64,000 bases of DNA. It comes from Flavobacteriaceae bacterium (GTDB lineage Bacteria > Bacteroidota > Bacteroidia > Flavobacteriales > Flavobacteriaceae). A program made the translations under genes and the position numbers. The notes below the pieces were generated by a model. The model made no database searches. It was not told the origin of the DNA and was given only the letters and a program-made list of their open reading frames with translations. The DNA is taken from assembly GCA_965659555.1 (NCBI GenBank), contig CBFHVY010000002.1, forward strand, positions 12,287 to 76,286, written 5' to 3'. Positions 48,800 through 57,434 of the stretch are shown here, piece after piece (the stretch's first letter is position 1; the number at the start of each line of letters is the position of its first letter).

Positions 48800-49702
48800 A
48801 TGAAAAACCAATTTTACAATTATATACAAGAACTACAAGACACTATTGTTGCAGGTCTAGAGGCAGTTGATGGCTCAGCTACTTTTAAGGAAGACCTCTG
48901 GGAACGCCCAGAAGGAGGCGGGGGTAGAACACGCGTAATAGAAAACGGAGCTGTTTTTGAAAAGGGAGGTGTTAATATTTCTGCTGTTCATGGTGCTTTA
49001 CCAGAGCCATTGCGAAAGCAATTTGGAGTATCGGCTGGAGATTTTTTTGCGTGTGGTTTAAGCTTGGTAATCCATCCTAAAAACCCTATGGTACCTACTG
49101 TCCATGCGAATTGGCGTTATTTTGAAATGTATGATGCTACTGGCGCTGTAGTTACTCAGTGGTTTGGGGGTGGTCAAGATTTAACACCCTATTATCTTTT
49201 TGAAGAAGACGCAGTTCATTTTCATACGGTTTGTAAAGATGTTTGTGATGCGCATCATCAAGATTTTTATACTGACTTTAAAAAGGAATGTGACGAATAT
49301 TTTTGGAATAGTCATCGCAATGAAGCCCGTGGAATTGGAGGCTTGTTTTTTGATTATTTAAAAGAAAACGATCATTTTTCTATACAAGATCGATATGACT
49401 TTGTAACCAATGTAGGACGAAGCTTTTTAAGTTCCTATGTGCCTATAGTAACAAAACGCAAAGAATTATCGTATACCCCAGCACAGAAAGAATGGCAAGA
49501 GATTCGAAGAGGACGTTATGTAGAGTTTAATCTAGTGCATGACCGTGGAACCTTATTTGGGTTAAAAACCAATGGTAGAATTGAAAGTATTCTCATGAGT
49601 TTACCTCCAGTCGTGCAATGGAAATACAATTATACCCCAGAGGAAGGCACCGATGAAGCACTACTTGTTGCTGTGTTGAAATCGCCAAAAGCATGGGTAT
49701 AA
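48800..49702 (+). CDS. hemF: Oxygen-dependent coproporphyrinogen III oxidase
   Basis: FEKGGVN, HPKNPMVPTVHANWRYF, WFGGGQDLTP, RGRYVEFNL, SILMSLPP. Confidence 0.97.
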   Translation: MKNQFYNYIQELQDTIVAGLEAVDGSATFKEDLWERPEGGGGRTRVIENGAVFEKGGVNISAVHGALPEPLRKQFGVSAGDFFACGLSLVIHPKNPMVPTVHANWRYFEMYDATGAVVTQWFGGGQDLTPYYLFEEDAVHFHTVCKDVCDAHHQDFYTDFKKECDEYFWNSHRNEARGIGGLFFDYLKENDHFSIQDRYDFVTNVGRSFLSSYVPIVTKRKELSYTPAQKEWQEIRRGRYVEFNLVHDRGTLFGLKTNGRIESILMSLPPVVQWKYNYTPEEGTDEALLVAVLKSPKAWV

Positions 49703-49857
49703 TGCATTGTTGATTTGATAATTGTACCCCTATAAAACAGGATTAACGATTAGAATATTCAATACAAAACCAAATATTTTAAGAATACCATAAAAAAATA
49801 AGAATACGCGTCTTTTTTTAGTGAAATAAAAAATACAAAAATGTCATCTGATTTTAG

Positions 49858-49865
49858 TATTTTTG
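49858..49865 (+). promoter_or_regulatory. -7 element for the E2 gene
   Basis: TATTTTTG, 21 nt before ATG 49887. Confidence 0.5.
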
Positions 49866-49886
49866 CATTCAATAAAATTAAAATTC

Positions 49887-51215
49887 ATGGCTAAGTTTGA
49901 ACTAAAATTGCCTAAGATGGGCGAAAGTGTTGCAGAAGCAACCATTACTTCATGGTTAAAAGAGGTTGGTGATACTGTAGAATTAGATGAAGCCATTGTA
50001 GAAATTGCTACCGATAAGGTAGATTCTGAAGTGCCTAGTGAAGTAGAAGGGACTCTTGTTGAAATTTTATTTGAGAAAGATGCTATCGTTGCTGTAGGGC
50101 AAACCATTGCTATTATTGATACCGATGGAGATGCTCCAACTGCAAACACTTCAACCACTGCTTCAGCAACCACAGCGACTGAATCGGAAGCTCCAGCTGC
50201 ATCTGCTGTTGCAGAAACCTATGTAGATAAGGCCGTAGAAACCGTATCTACTCCTCTTGAAAAACATTCTGAATCTGGTAAATTCTATTCACCTTTAGTT
50301 CGAAACATCGCTCAGACTGAAGGGGTAAGCATGGAGGAATTAGAAGGTATTCAAGGAAGTGGAAGTGAAGGTCGTGTGACTAAAAATGACATCTTGAGTT
50401 ATATAGCTCAAAGAAGTTCTTCACCAGCACCGGCTACTCCAGTCGCAAAAGCTTCACCAGCACCAGCTCCAAAAGCAGCACCTCAAACACCAGTAAGTGT
50501 TCATGGAGGTGATGAGCTTATTGAGATGACTCGTATGGGTAAATTGATTTCTAAACACATGGTGGATTCTGTACAGACTTCTGCGCATGTTCAGTCGTTT
50601 ATCGAAATTGATGTGACCAATATTGTAAAATGGAGGTCTAAAGTGAAAGATGCTTTTTTTGCAAGAGAAGGCGAGAAGCTTACGTTTACTCCGATCTTAA
50701 TGCATGCAGTAGCAGCTACTATTAAGAAATATCCCATGATTAATATCGCTGTTCAAGGAGACAGTATTATAAAAAAGAAGAACATCAACTTAGGTATGGC
50801 TGCGGCTTTACCCGATGGAAATTTAATTGTGCCTGTTATTAAAAATGCTGATCAATTGAATTTGGTTGGAATGACCAAACAGGTTAACGATTTAGCCAAT
50901 AGAGCCAGAGCTAATCAATTAAAGCCAGATGAAATCCAAAACGGAACCTACACGGTAACCAATGTAGGTAGCTTTGGTTCAGTTATGGGAACTCCAATTA
51001 TCAATCAACCACAAGTTGCTATTTTAGCTCTAGGAGCGATTCGTAAAGTGCCTGCGGTGATTGAAACATCTGAAGGAGATTTTATAGGTATCCGTCAGAA
51101 AATGTTTGTATCGCATTCTTACGACCATCGTGTTGTTAACGGTGCTTTAGGAGGTATGTTTATCAAGACCTTGAAAGAGACTTTGGAGGCTTGGGATATT
51201 AATCAAGACTTCTAA
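49887..51215 (+). CDS. 2-oxoacid dehydrogenase E2 (single lipoyl domain; probably branched-chain type)
   Basis: LPKMGESV, IATDKVDSE lipoyl site, FYSPLVRNIA, SYDHRVVNG. ATG 49887. Confidence 0.9.
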   Translation: MAKFELKLPKMGESVAEATITSWLKEVGDTVELDEAIVEIATDKVDSEVPSEVEGTLVEILFEKDAIVAVGQTIAIIDTDGDAPTANTSTTASATTATESEAPAASAVAETYVDKAVETVSTPLEKHSESGKFYSPLVRNIAQTEGVSMEELEGIQGSGSEGRVTKNDILSYIAQRSSSPAPATPVAKASPAPAPKAAPQTPVSVHGGDELIEMTRMGKLISKHMVDSVQTSAHVQSFIEIDVTNIVKWRSKVKDAFFAREGEKLTFTPILMHAVAATIKKYPMINIAVQGDSIIKKKNINLGMAAALPDGNLIVPVIKNADQLNLVGMTKQVNDLANRARANQLKPDEIQNGTYTVTNVGSFGSVMGTPIINQPQVAILALGAIRKVPAVIETSEGDFIGIRQKMFVSHSYDHRVVNGALGGMFIKTLKETLEAWDINQDF

Positions 51216-51236
51216 GTAAGCAATGAAAAGTTTACC

Positions 51237-51269
51237 AAAAAAGCGTTCATATTCATGAGCGCTTTTTTT
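51237..51269 (+). terminator. Terminator after the E2 gene
   Basis: AAAAGCGTTCAT-ATTC-ATGAGCGCTTTTTT. Confidence 0.75.
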
Positions 51270-51326
51270 ATGAGGTATATCAAATAATTCAACTATTTTA
51301 GCGCCATCTAATCTTAAAAATAAGCT

Positions 51327-52061
51327 ATGAAAAAATTTATAATTGCACTTTTTATTTGTGTTTCTATTTCTGTTGGCGCTCAAGAGTCTGTATTACTTCG
51401 TGTAAACTATACGAAGGGTGATCAGTATGAAATGAAGATGGAACAAAATCAAAATTTAGGCCCTATGGGTACGATGAACATGAGTTTGATGTATCAAATG
51501 ATGGTTTCAGGTCAAGAAGGCGCTAATTTTAAACTTCAATCTAAAATCGCAAAAATTGTATTTACGCAATCTCAAGGAGAAATGACGGTTAGTTATGATT
51601 CTAGTAGTAAAAGTGATTCTCTAGACCAAATGGGGGTAATGCTTAAAAACCAATTTGAACCCATGCTAAAGGTGGCTATATCTAGTAAGGTAACACCATT
51701 GGGGGCGGTACAGGATATTGTAATTGATCCAGCGCTTCCTGGAATGGAACAACTGACCAAACAAGTAGGTGATTTTTTATATCCAGAAGAGAAGGTCTCT
51801 GTAGGGTCTACTTGGAGTGTTACCAACGAAAATCAAGGAATGAAAATAGTGTCTACTTATAAGGTTGCTAAAATTGAAGATGATACAGTGTTTTTAGATA
51901 TCGTAGGTGTGTTATCTGGAGCTGGTGAAGGCACTCTAAAAGGAAGTGTGCAAATTGATGCCAAGACTGGTATTCAGCAGTCGAGTTCGCAGCAGATTAC
52001 GATTTCTGTTCAAGGAATGGAAGTCACTAATACTACTACAACAACGATTACCAAAATGTAA
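51327..52061 (+). CDS. Hypothetical secreted protein (DUF6263-like)
   Basis: Signal peptide, beta-rich sequence, YPEEKVSVGSTW. Confidence 0.65.
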   Translation: MKKFIIALFICVSISVGAQESVLLRVNYTKGDQYEMKMEQNQNLGPMGTMNMSLMYQMMVSGQEGANFKLQSKIAKIVFTQSQGEMTVSYDSSSKSDSLDQMGVMLKNQFEPMLKVAISSKVTPLGAVQDIVIDPALPGMEQLTKQVGDFLYPEEKVSVGSTWSVTNENQGMKIVSTYKVAKIEDDTVFLDIVGVLSGAGEGTLKGSVQIDAKTGIQQSSSQQITISVQGMEVTNTTTTTITKM

Positions 52062-52078
52062 TTCAAGTGTACTATCAT

Positions 52079-52111
52079 AAAAAAAGCCTCTAGAAACTAG
52101 AGGCTTTTTTT
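52079..52111. terminator. Bidirectional terminator
   Basis: AAAAAAAGCCTCTAG-AAA-CTAGAGGCTTTTTTT. Confidence 0.88.
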
Positions 52112-52129
52112 ATAGTGTATAAGGTAAGC

Positions 52130-53773
52130 TTAAGCTAACATGGTTACTGGATTCTCTAGATAGTTTCTTAATGTTTGTAAGAACTGAGCTCCTGTTGCAC
52201 CGTCTACTGTTCTATGGTCGCAAGCTAAGGTTACTTTCATAGTATTTCCTACTACAATTTGTCCGTTTTTAACCACAGGTTTCTCAACAATACTTCCTAC
52301 CGATAAAATAGCAGAATTGGGTTGATTTATGATAGAAGTGAATTCTTGAATACCAAACATACCTAAGTTAGAAATGGTGAATGTACTACCTTCCATTTCA
52401 TTAGGGGCAATCTTTTTGGTTCTTGCTTTTCCTGCTAAATCTTTTACTGCACTACCAATTTGAGTTAAGCTCATTTGATCTGTAAATTTCAATACAGGTA
52501 CTAATAGGCCATCTTCTACTGCAACGGCAACTCCAATATGTATGTGTTGGTTGTAGCGTGTAGTATCTCCATTCCAACTGGTATTTACTTGTGGATGTTT
52601 TTTTAATGCCATAGCACAAGCTTTTACAACCATATCGTTAAAAGATACTTTAGTGTCTGGTATTGCATTGATGGTTTTTCTAGATGCCATTGCATGATCC
52701 ATATCTACTTCAATAGTTAAGTAGTAATGTGGAGCAGTGAACTTAGATTCTCCTAAACGTTTTGCAATTACTTTACGCATTTGAGAGTTTTTAACCTCTT
52801 CAAATCCTTCTTCTCCAGCTGGTGCAAATGTTGCCACTGGTGCTACCGATGGTGTTGCTGCCGATGCCACTGATGCTGCTGAAGCCACTGGAGCTGCAGT
52901 AAAGTTTTCTACATCTTTCTTTACAATACGTCCGTTTTCACCAGACCCTTGTACTTGAGATAAGTTGATTCCTTTATCTTCTGCAATTTTTTTGGCTAAT
53001 GGCGATGCAAATATTCTTCCGTTAGTGCTTTCTGAAACTACAGGGGCACTTTGAGTGGTGTTTTCTACTTGTGCAGGTGTGCTAGTTGCTTCTGCTACTG
53101 TTTCATCAGCAACACTACTACTAGCTAAAGTTCCTGCTTTATGTGCTGCTACTAGTGCAGTAACGTCAGTTCCTTTGGGGCCAACAATAGCTAATAAACT
53201 ATCTACAGGAGCACTTTCGCCTTCTTGTACACCAATATGTAATAAGGTGCCTTCGTAAAACGATTCAAACTCCATTGTTGCCTTATCGGTTTCAATTTCT
53301 GCTAAGATGTCTCCTTCTTCAATAGTATCTCCTTCTTTCTTTAGCCAAGAAGCCACTGTTCCTTCGGTCATTGTATCACTTAGTCGAGGCATACTAACAA
53401 CTTCTACTCCTTTAGGAATGCTAACACTACTAGTGTTTTCAGTTGCTTCTGGAATTGTAGTGGTTTCTTTTTCTTCTTTTGGAGCTTCTTCTTGAGTGGC
53501 CGTTTCTCCGTTTAATAGACCTGAAATATCTTCACCTTCTTCACCTATAATGGCTAAAAGGGTATCTACTGGAGAGGTCTCTCCTTCTTGAACACCGATA
53601 TGTAGTAGGGTTCCTTCATTGAAAGATTCGAATTCCATGGTTGCTTTATCGGTTTCGATTTCTGCTAGAATATCTCCTTCTTCTACTTTATCTCCTACAC
53701 TTTTTAACCACTTTGCTACTACACCTTCTTCCATGGTGTCGCTTAGTCGGGGCATATTTACAATTACTGCCAT
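52130..53773 (-). CDS. pdhC: Pyruvate dehydrogenase E2 with two lipoyl domains
   Basis: Two MPRLSDTM...EIETDKATME repeats, IFASPLAKK, LACDHRTVDG. Confidence 0.96.
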   Translation of the reverse strand: MAVIVNMPRLSDTMEEGVVAKWLKSVGDKVEEGDILAEIETDKATMEFESFNEGTLLHIGVQEGETSPVDTLLAIIGEEGEDISGLLNGETATQEEAPKEEKETTTIPEATENTSSVSIPKGVEVVSMPRLSDTMTEGTVASWLKKEGDTIEEGDILAEIETDKATMEFESFYEGTLLHIGVQEGESAPVDSLLAIVGPKGTDVTALVAAHKAGTLASSSVADETVAEATSTPAQVENTTQSAPVVSESTNGRIFASPLAKKIAEDKGINLSQVQGSGENGRIVKKDVENFTAAPVASAASVASAATPSVAPVATFAPAGEEGFEEVKNSQMRKVIAKRLGESKFTAPHYYLTIEVDMDHAMASRKTINAIPDTKVSFNDMVVKACAMALKKHPQVNTSWNGDTTRYNQHIHIGVAVAVEDGLLVPVLKFTDQMSLTQIGSAVKDLAGKARTKKIAPNEMEGSTFTISNLGMFGIQEFTSIINQPNSAILSVGSIVEKPVVKNGQIVVGNTMKVTLACDHRTVDGATGAQFLQTLRNYLENPVTMLA

Positions 53774-53776
53774 ATC

Positions 53777-54766
53777 TTATTTTATGAAAGGATAATCTTT
53801 TTGTTCGTATACTACATCGTGCAACTGACTCAATTCTGGATATGGAGAATCTTCTGCAAACTGCTCACATTCTTTTACCATATTTTTCACTTCTTTATCA
53901 ATTGCTGCAATTTCTTCGTCTGTAGCGTAGTTCTTTTCTTTAATAATGTCGAGTACTTGAGTAATTGGGTCAATTTTCTTGTACTCTTCTACCTCGTCTT
54001 TTGTTCTGTAATGCTGTGCATCAGACATGGAGTGTCCTCTATATCGGTAAGTTTTCATTTCTAAGAAGGTAGGTCCATCACCGCGTCTTGCACGTTGGAT
54101 TGCTTCATCAACTGCTTCGGCTACTTTTATTGGATTCATACCATCTACAGGACCACAAGGCATCTCATATCCGAGTCCTAATTTCCAAATATCGGTGTGG
54201 TTTGCTGTTCTTTCAACAGAAGTTCCCATAGCGTATCCGTTGTTTTCTACAATAAATACTACGGGTAGTTTCCAAAGCATTGCCATATTAAAGGTTTCGT
54301 GTAATGAACCTTGTCGAGCTGCTCCATCTCCAAAGTAGGTAAGGGTTACACCATCGCTTCCTTTGTATTTGTCTGCAAATGCGATTCCAGCTCCTAAGGG
54401 AATTTGTCCACCAACAATACCATGACCACCATAAAAACCAAATTCTTTCGAAAAGATATGCATAGATCCACCCATTCCTTTGGAGGTTCCTGTTACTTTT
54501 CCGTATAACTCAGCCATTACTCTTTTTGGGTCTTCACCCATACCGATGGGTTGTACGTGATTTCTGTAGGCTGTAATCATTTTGTCTTTAGACAAGTCCA
54601 TCGCATGAAGGGCTCCTGCTAATACAGCTTCCTGTCCGTTGTACAAGTGTAAAAATCCTCTTACTTTTTGTTGAATATATACAGAGGCAAGTTTGTCTTC
54701 AAACTTACGCCAGAATAACATGTCTTTATACCAATTTAAATAGGTTTCTTTGGTGACTTTTTTCAT
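53777..54766 (-). CDS. pdhA: Pyruvate dehydrogenase E1 alpha
   Basis: GFLHLYNGQEA, GMGGSMH, FGDGA...ENN (TPP binding), YRYRGHSMSD. Confidence 0.97.
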   Translation of the reverse strand: MKKVTKETYLNWYKDMLFWRKFEDKLASVYIQQKVRGFLHLYNGQEAVLAGALHAMDLSKDKMITAYRNHVQPIGMGEDPKRVMAELYGKVTGTSKGMGGSMHIFSKEFGFYGGHGIVGGQIPLGAGIAFADKYKGSDGVTLTYFGDGAARQGSLHETFNMAMLWKLPVVFIVENNGYAMGTSVERTANHTDIWKLGLGYEMPCGPVDGMNPIKVAEAVDEAIQRARRGDGPTFLEMKTYRYRGHSMSDAQHYRTKDEVEEYKKIDPITQVLDIIKEKNYATDEEIAAIDKEVKNMVKECEQFAEDSPYPELSQLHDVVYEQKDYPFIK

Positions 54767-54822
54767 TCTATATAATGCTTAGATACGATTTGTTTTGTTG
54801 CGTTTCAAAAAATTTGCAACTA

Positions 54823-54830
54823 CAAAAATA
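54823..54830 (-). promoter_or_regulatory. -7 element for pdhA-pdhC
   Basis: - strand TATTTTTG. Confidence 0.45.
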
Positions 54831-54898
54831 ACTTATTTAAATAGAATAAAAAAAACGGATTGTTGTAAAATAATGATAACGATATCGCTAGGGATATT

Positions 54899-55552
54899 CT
54901 ACTTGTCTTTGGCGATAAGAATAGTTGCTTTTGCTCCGGTAGCAAGATTCCATTCGTTGGAGGAAATAAGGTTTCCTTTATCGTCAAACACACTGAAAGC
55001 AGCGGTGTTAGGGCCAGAAGTTCCTTGATTTAATGCAACAAAAGCAATGCGATTAATACCTTCTGTTAGAGGAATGGTAAATTTTTGATAGGCCCTTTCT
55101 AAGGTAATATTATAAATTACGGGTATATTATTGACTAAAATACTGACTTTATCTCCGTCTGGATATTGAAAATCACGACAAATAATTCGAATGGTTTTTG
55201 ATTCTGTTCTAAAACTGCCCAAATCTTGATCAATTTTTGGGTAAACTCCATTCAGTTTTTTAAATGATTTTAAAAAGCGTTCTTCTGTAAGTTTTGCCTC
55301 CGATAAGATTCCTTTGTTTTTTAAGTCTTCTTTGTTTTTTGCAGCATTTTTCTTTGCTTCATTTTTTGCAGCATTTTTAAAACCATCTTTATTATCGGGT
55401 AAAATAGATTTAGGATCTTCTAGTTTCTTTGCTGGAATAGCTTTTATAGCCACCTTTTTCTTTCCTTCTTTAGACCCATCAACTTGAGCAAAACAGATCG
55501 CGCTTTGAAATATAGCTAGTAGAATAAAAAAAATAAGATTTTTCTGTTTCAT
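54899..55552 (-). CDS. Hypothetical secreted protein
   Basis: Signal peptide from ATG 55552; beta-rich C-terminal domain (DGDKVSILVN, ALNQGTSGPNTA). Confidence 0.7.
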   Translation of the reverse strand: MKQKNLIFFILLAIFQSAICFAQVDGSKEGKKKVAIKAIPAKKLEDPKSILPDNKDGFKNAAKNEAKKNAAKNKEDLKNKGILSEAKLTEERFLKSFKKLNGVYPKIDQDLGSFRTESKTIRIICRDFQYPDGDKVSILVNNIPVIYNITLERAYQKFTIPLTEGINRIAFVALNQGTSGPNTAAFSVFDDKGNLISSNEWNLATGAKATILIAKDK

Positions 55553-55577
55553 ATTGTGCTTAGGTATTCCCATAAGA

Positions 55578-55603
55578 GACTACAAATATAATACCGAAGT
55601 TTC
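55578..55603 (-). promoter_or_regulatory. ECF-type promoter for the secreted hypothetical protein
   Basis: - strand GAAAC-N17-AGTC. Confidence 0.4.
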
Positions 55604-55633
55604 AATGAGTTGCTTAGAAAGTGTTAAATCCTG

Positions 55634-56302
55634 TTACTCAATGTTAAAATCAAAGTAAGTTGAAGGAAATGGCTCATTTTTAAGTGTAAAATGCCACCAT
55701 TCGTTTTTATAGGGGACAAAGCCATGTGTTATCATAAGATTTCGTAACAACATTCTATGTCGATAGGCTTGTGCTGAAATATCTTTGTAAAAAGGGTGAG
55801 AAATGGTGCCAAAAAAATCGTAGGGACTTCCCATGTCCACTTCTTTGCCTGTGTTTAATTCAATCAAGGTAAGGTCTACTGTAGAGCCACGGGTATGCCC
55901 CGACTTTTTCGCAATAAACCCTAAGGCAAATAGACTGTCTTTAGGAACAGTTGGGTAATATTGGTGTTTTTTTAAGGTGTCGTTTAAATGGCCAGCCCAG
56001 CGTACAAAATGATCTACTGCTTTTTGAGGTCTATAGGCGTCGAAAATTTGTAATCCATACCCCATTTTTTGTAATTTATTTTGGATTTTATACAGTGCCT
56101 CTGCTGTTGGTTGTGTGACAATAATGACCGATTTTTTATACCCATCGATGGGTCTTCCTATAAAGTTATTTGAAGAACGATAGTTGAGTTCAACTTTAAT
56201 ATTAGTGGTGTCTGTGTTGAGATACACAAAATGTTTAGGGAGTTGTTGACTAGCTGTAACAAGGCTACATAAAAGCATGACGCAACAAAGAAGTATTTTC
56301 AT
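55634..56302 (-). CDS. D-alanyl-D-alanine dipeptidase (M15D, VanX/DdpX family)
   Basis: FDAYRPQ, SGHTRGSTVD, DMGSPYDFF, NEWWHF. Signal peptide from ATG 56302. Confidence 0.9.
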   Translation of the reverse strand: MKILLCCVMLLCSLVTASQQLPKHFVYLNTDTTNIKVELNYRSSNNFIGRPIDGYKKSVIIVTQPTAEALYKIQNKLQKMGYGLQIFDAYRPQKAVDHFVRWAGHLNDTLKKHQYYPTVPKDSLFALGFIAKKSGHTRGSTVDLTLIELNTGKEVDMGSPYDFFGTISHPFYKDISAQAYRHRMLLRNLMITHGFVPYKNEWWHFTLKNEPFPSTYFDFNIE

Positions 56303-56364
56303 GGATGTTGTTTTACACCATGAAAATACGGTATTTTTTTGATGTGTAGTAGGGATTAAAAATG

Positions 56365-56390
56365 AAAGAGTCACCCAAAGGTGACTCTTT
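56365..56390 (-). terminator. Terminator at the end of the PadR-PspC operon / small ORF
   Basis: AAAGAGTCACC-CAAA-GGTGACTCTTT. Confidence 0.75.
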
Positions 56391-56453
56391 ACTGTAAACT
56401 AATAAAACCAAGTATTAGTAATATAATTAGAGTTAGCTATTCTAATTATGAGT

Positions 56454-56540
56454 TTACACAATAGTTAGCAGCCAAGTGATACATTCGGTAAGTACCTTAA
56501 AGGCTTCACTTTGTGTGATGATACTGAGTAGATATTCCAT
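56454..56540 (-). CDS. Unannotated 28-aa small ORF
   Basis: Hand translation MEYLLSIITQSEAFKVLTECITWLLTIV*; A/C-rich leader upstream and a terminator downstream. Confidence 0.45.
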   Translation of the reverse strand: MEYLLSIITQSEAFKVLTECITWLLTIV

Positions 56541-56546
56541 AATAAA

Positions 56547-56620
56547 GTTGGTTAGTTGGTTGGTTAGTTGGTTGGTTAATTGGTGTTGGTTAATTGGTAT
56601 TGGTTGGTTATAAATTGGTT
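56547..56620. repeat. Degenerate tandem repeat of GTTGGTTA(G/A)TTG
   Basis: Three 12-mer copies at 56547-56582, followed by decaying TTGGTT units. Confidence 0.8.
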
Positions 56621-56624
56621 ATGG

Positions 56625-57347
56625 TTAAGATGAAACACTTCCTCCTGAAGAAGTCTTTTTATTGATACGTTTAGGGTTTCCTCTGTAATCAATATCTCCT
56701 CCACTACTTGCTTTGGCATCTAAGTATTCTGAAGCATGTACATCGATATTAGCTCCGCTACTTACTCTAGCTGTAGTGGTTTCACTTTCTAATTTATATG
56801 CTCGTATGGAGGCACCACTACTTGCTTTTGCATTATGAGTTTCTGTTTCTCCTTTAATGTTTAAATACGATCCACTAGAAGCTTCCGAAACCACGTTTTT
56901 TGCCTTAACTGTTAAATTTACATCAGCTCCACTGCTTACATCAACTTCAAAGTCGTTCACATTAAGTGTTCCTTTTGAAACTACTTCACTTCCAGAGCTA
57001 GCTTTTAAATAATCGATCTGAGGAAGGGTTAAGTATATTTTTTTTGACTTAGCTCTCCAGATATTTTTTTCAGAATAGATATTTAATTGTCCGTTTTTTA
57101 CTTCAGTCTTAATTAAGTCTTGTAAATTTTCATCGGCTTCTACCGTAAGCTCTGAGTTTGATCCTTGGGTAATATAGAGATCTAAACCACGACTTACTTT
57201 AACTCGGGTAAAATCGTCACCTACTTTTCTTGTGGTGGTGGTCACATTTTTGTTTCCTTCAACTCTGTTAATCATATCGATATTACAAGAGCCTAGTAGC
57301 AAAGAGATGCTTAGGAAAAGGATTAGTTTTGTTGCGATTGTTTTCAT
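56625..57347 (-). CDS. GIN-domain (DUF2807) lipoprotein
   Basis: Lipobox LLGSC, VEADENL, repeated ASSG units. Confidence 0.88.
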   Translation of the reverse strand: MKTIATKLILFLSISLLLGSCNIDMINRVEGNKNVTTTTRKVGDDFTRVKVSRGLDLYITQGSNSELTVEADENLQDLIKTEVKNGQLNIYSEKNIWRAKSKKIYLTLPQIDYLKASSGSEVVSKGTLNVNDFEVDVSSGADVNLTVKAKNVVSEASSGSYLNIKGETETHNAKASSGASIRAYKLESETTTARVSSGANIDVHASEYLDAKASSGGDIDYRGNPKRINKKTSSGGSVSS

Positions 57348-57434
57348 GATTGTTGTTTTTTATTCAAATGTCTTTTGTTTGTGGTAGTTCAGCTAATTTA
57401 TAATACCGAGTTGTCTTTTTTTTGGGATGAATTG

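Noticed and set aside
55330-55382. Duplicated TTTTTTGCAGCATTTTT within the hypothetical gene
   Set aside because: It simply encodes the low-complexity KNAAKN repeat and stays in frame.
55634-56302. VanX-like gene as a glycopeptide-resistance determinant
   Set aside because: No vanHA/RS genes are present, and it has a signal peptide and a core-genome context; it reads as a housekeeping D-Ala-D-Ala dipeptidase.
56547-56620. Repeat tract as a CRISPR array
   Set aside because: Units are 12 nt, adjacent and low-complexity, with no spacers and no cas genes.
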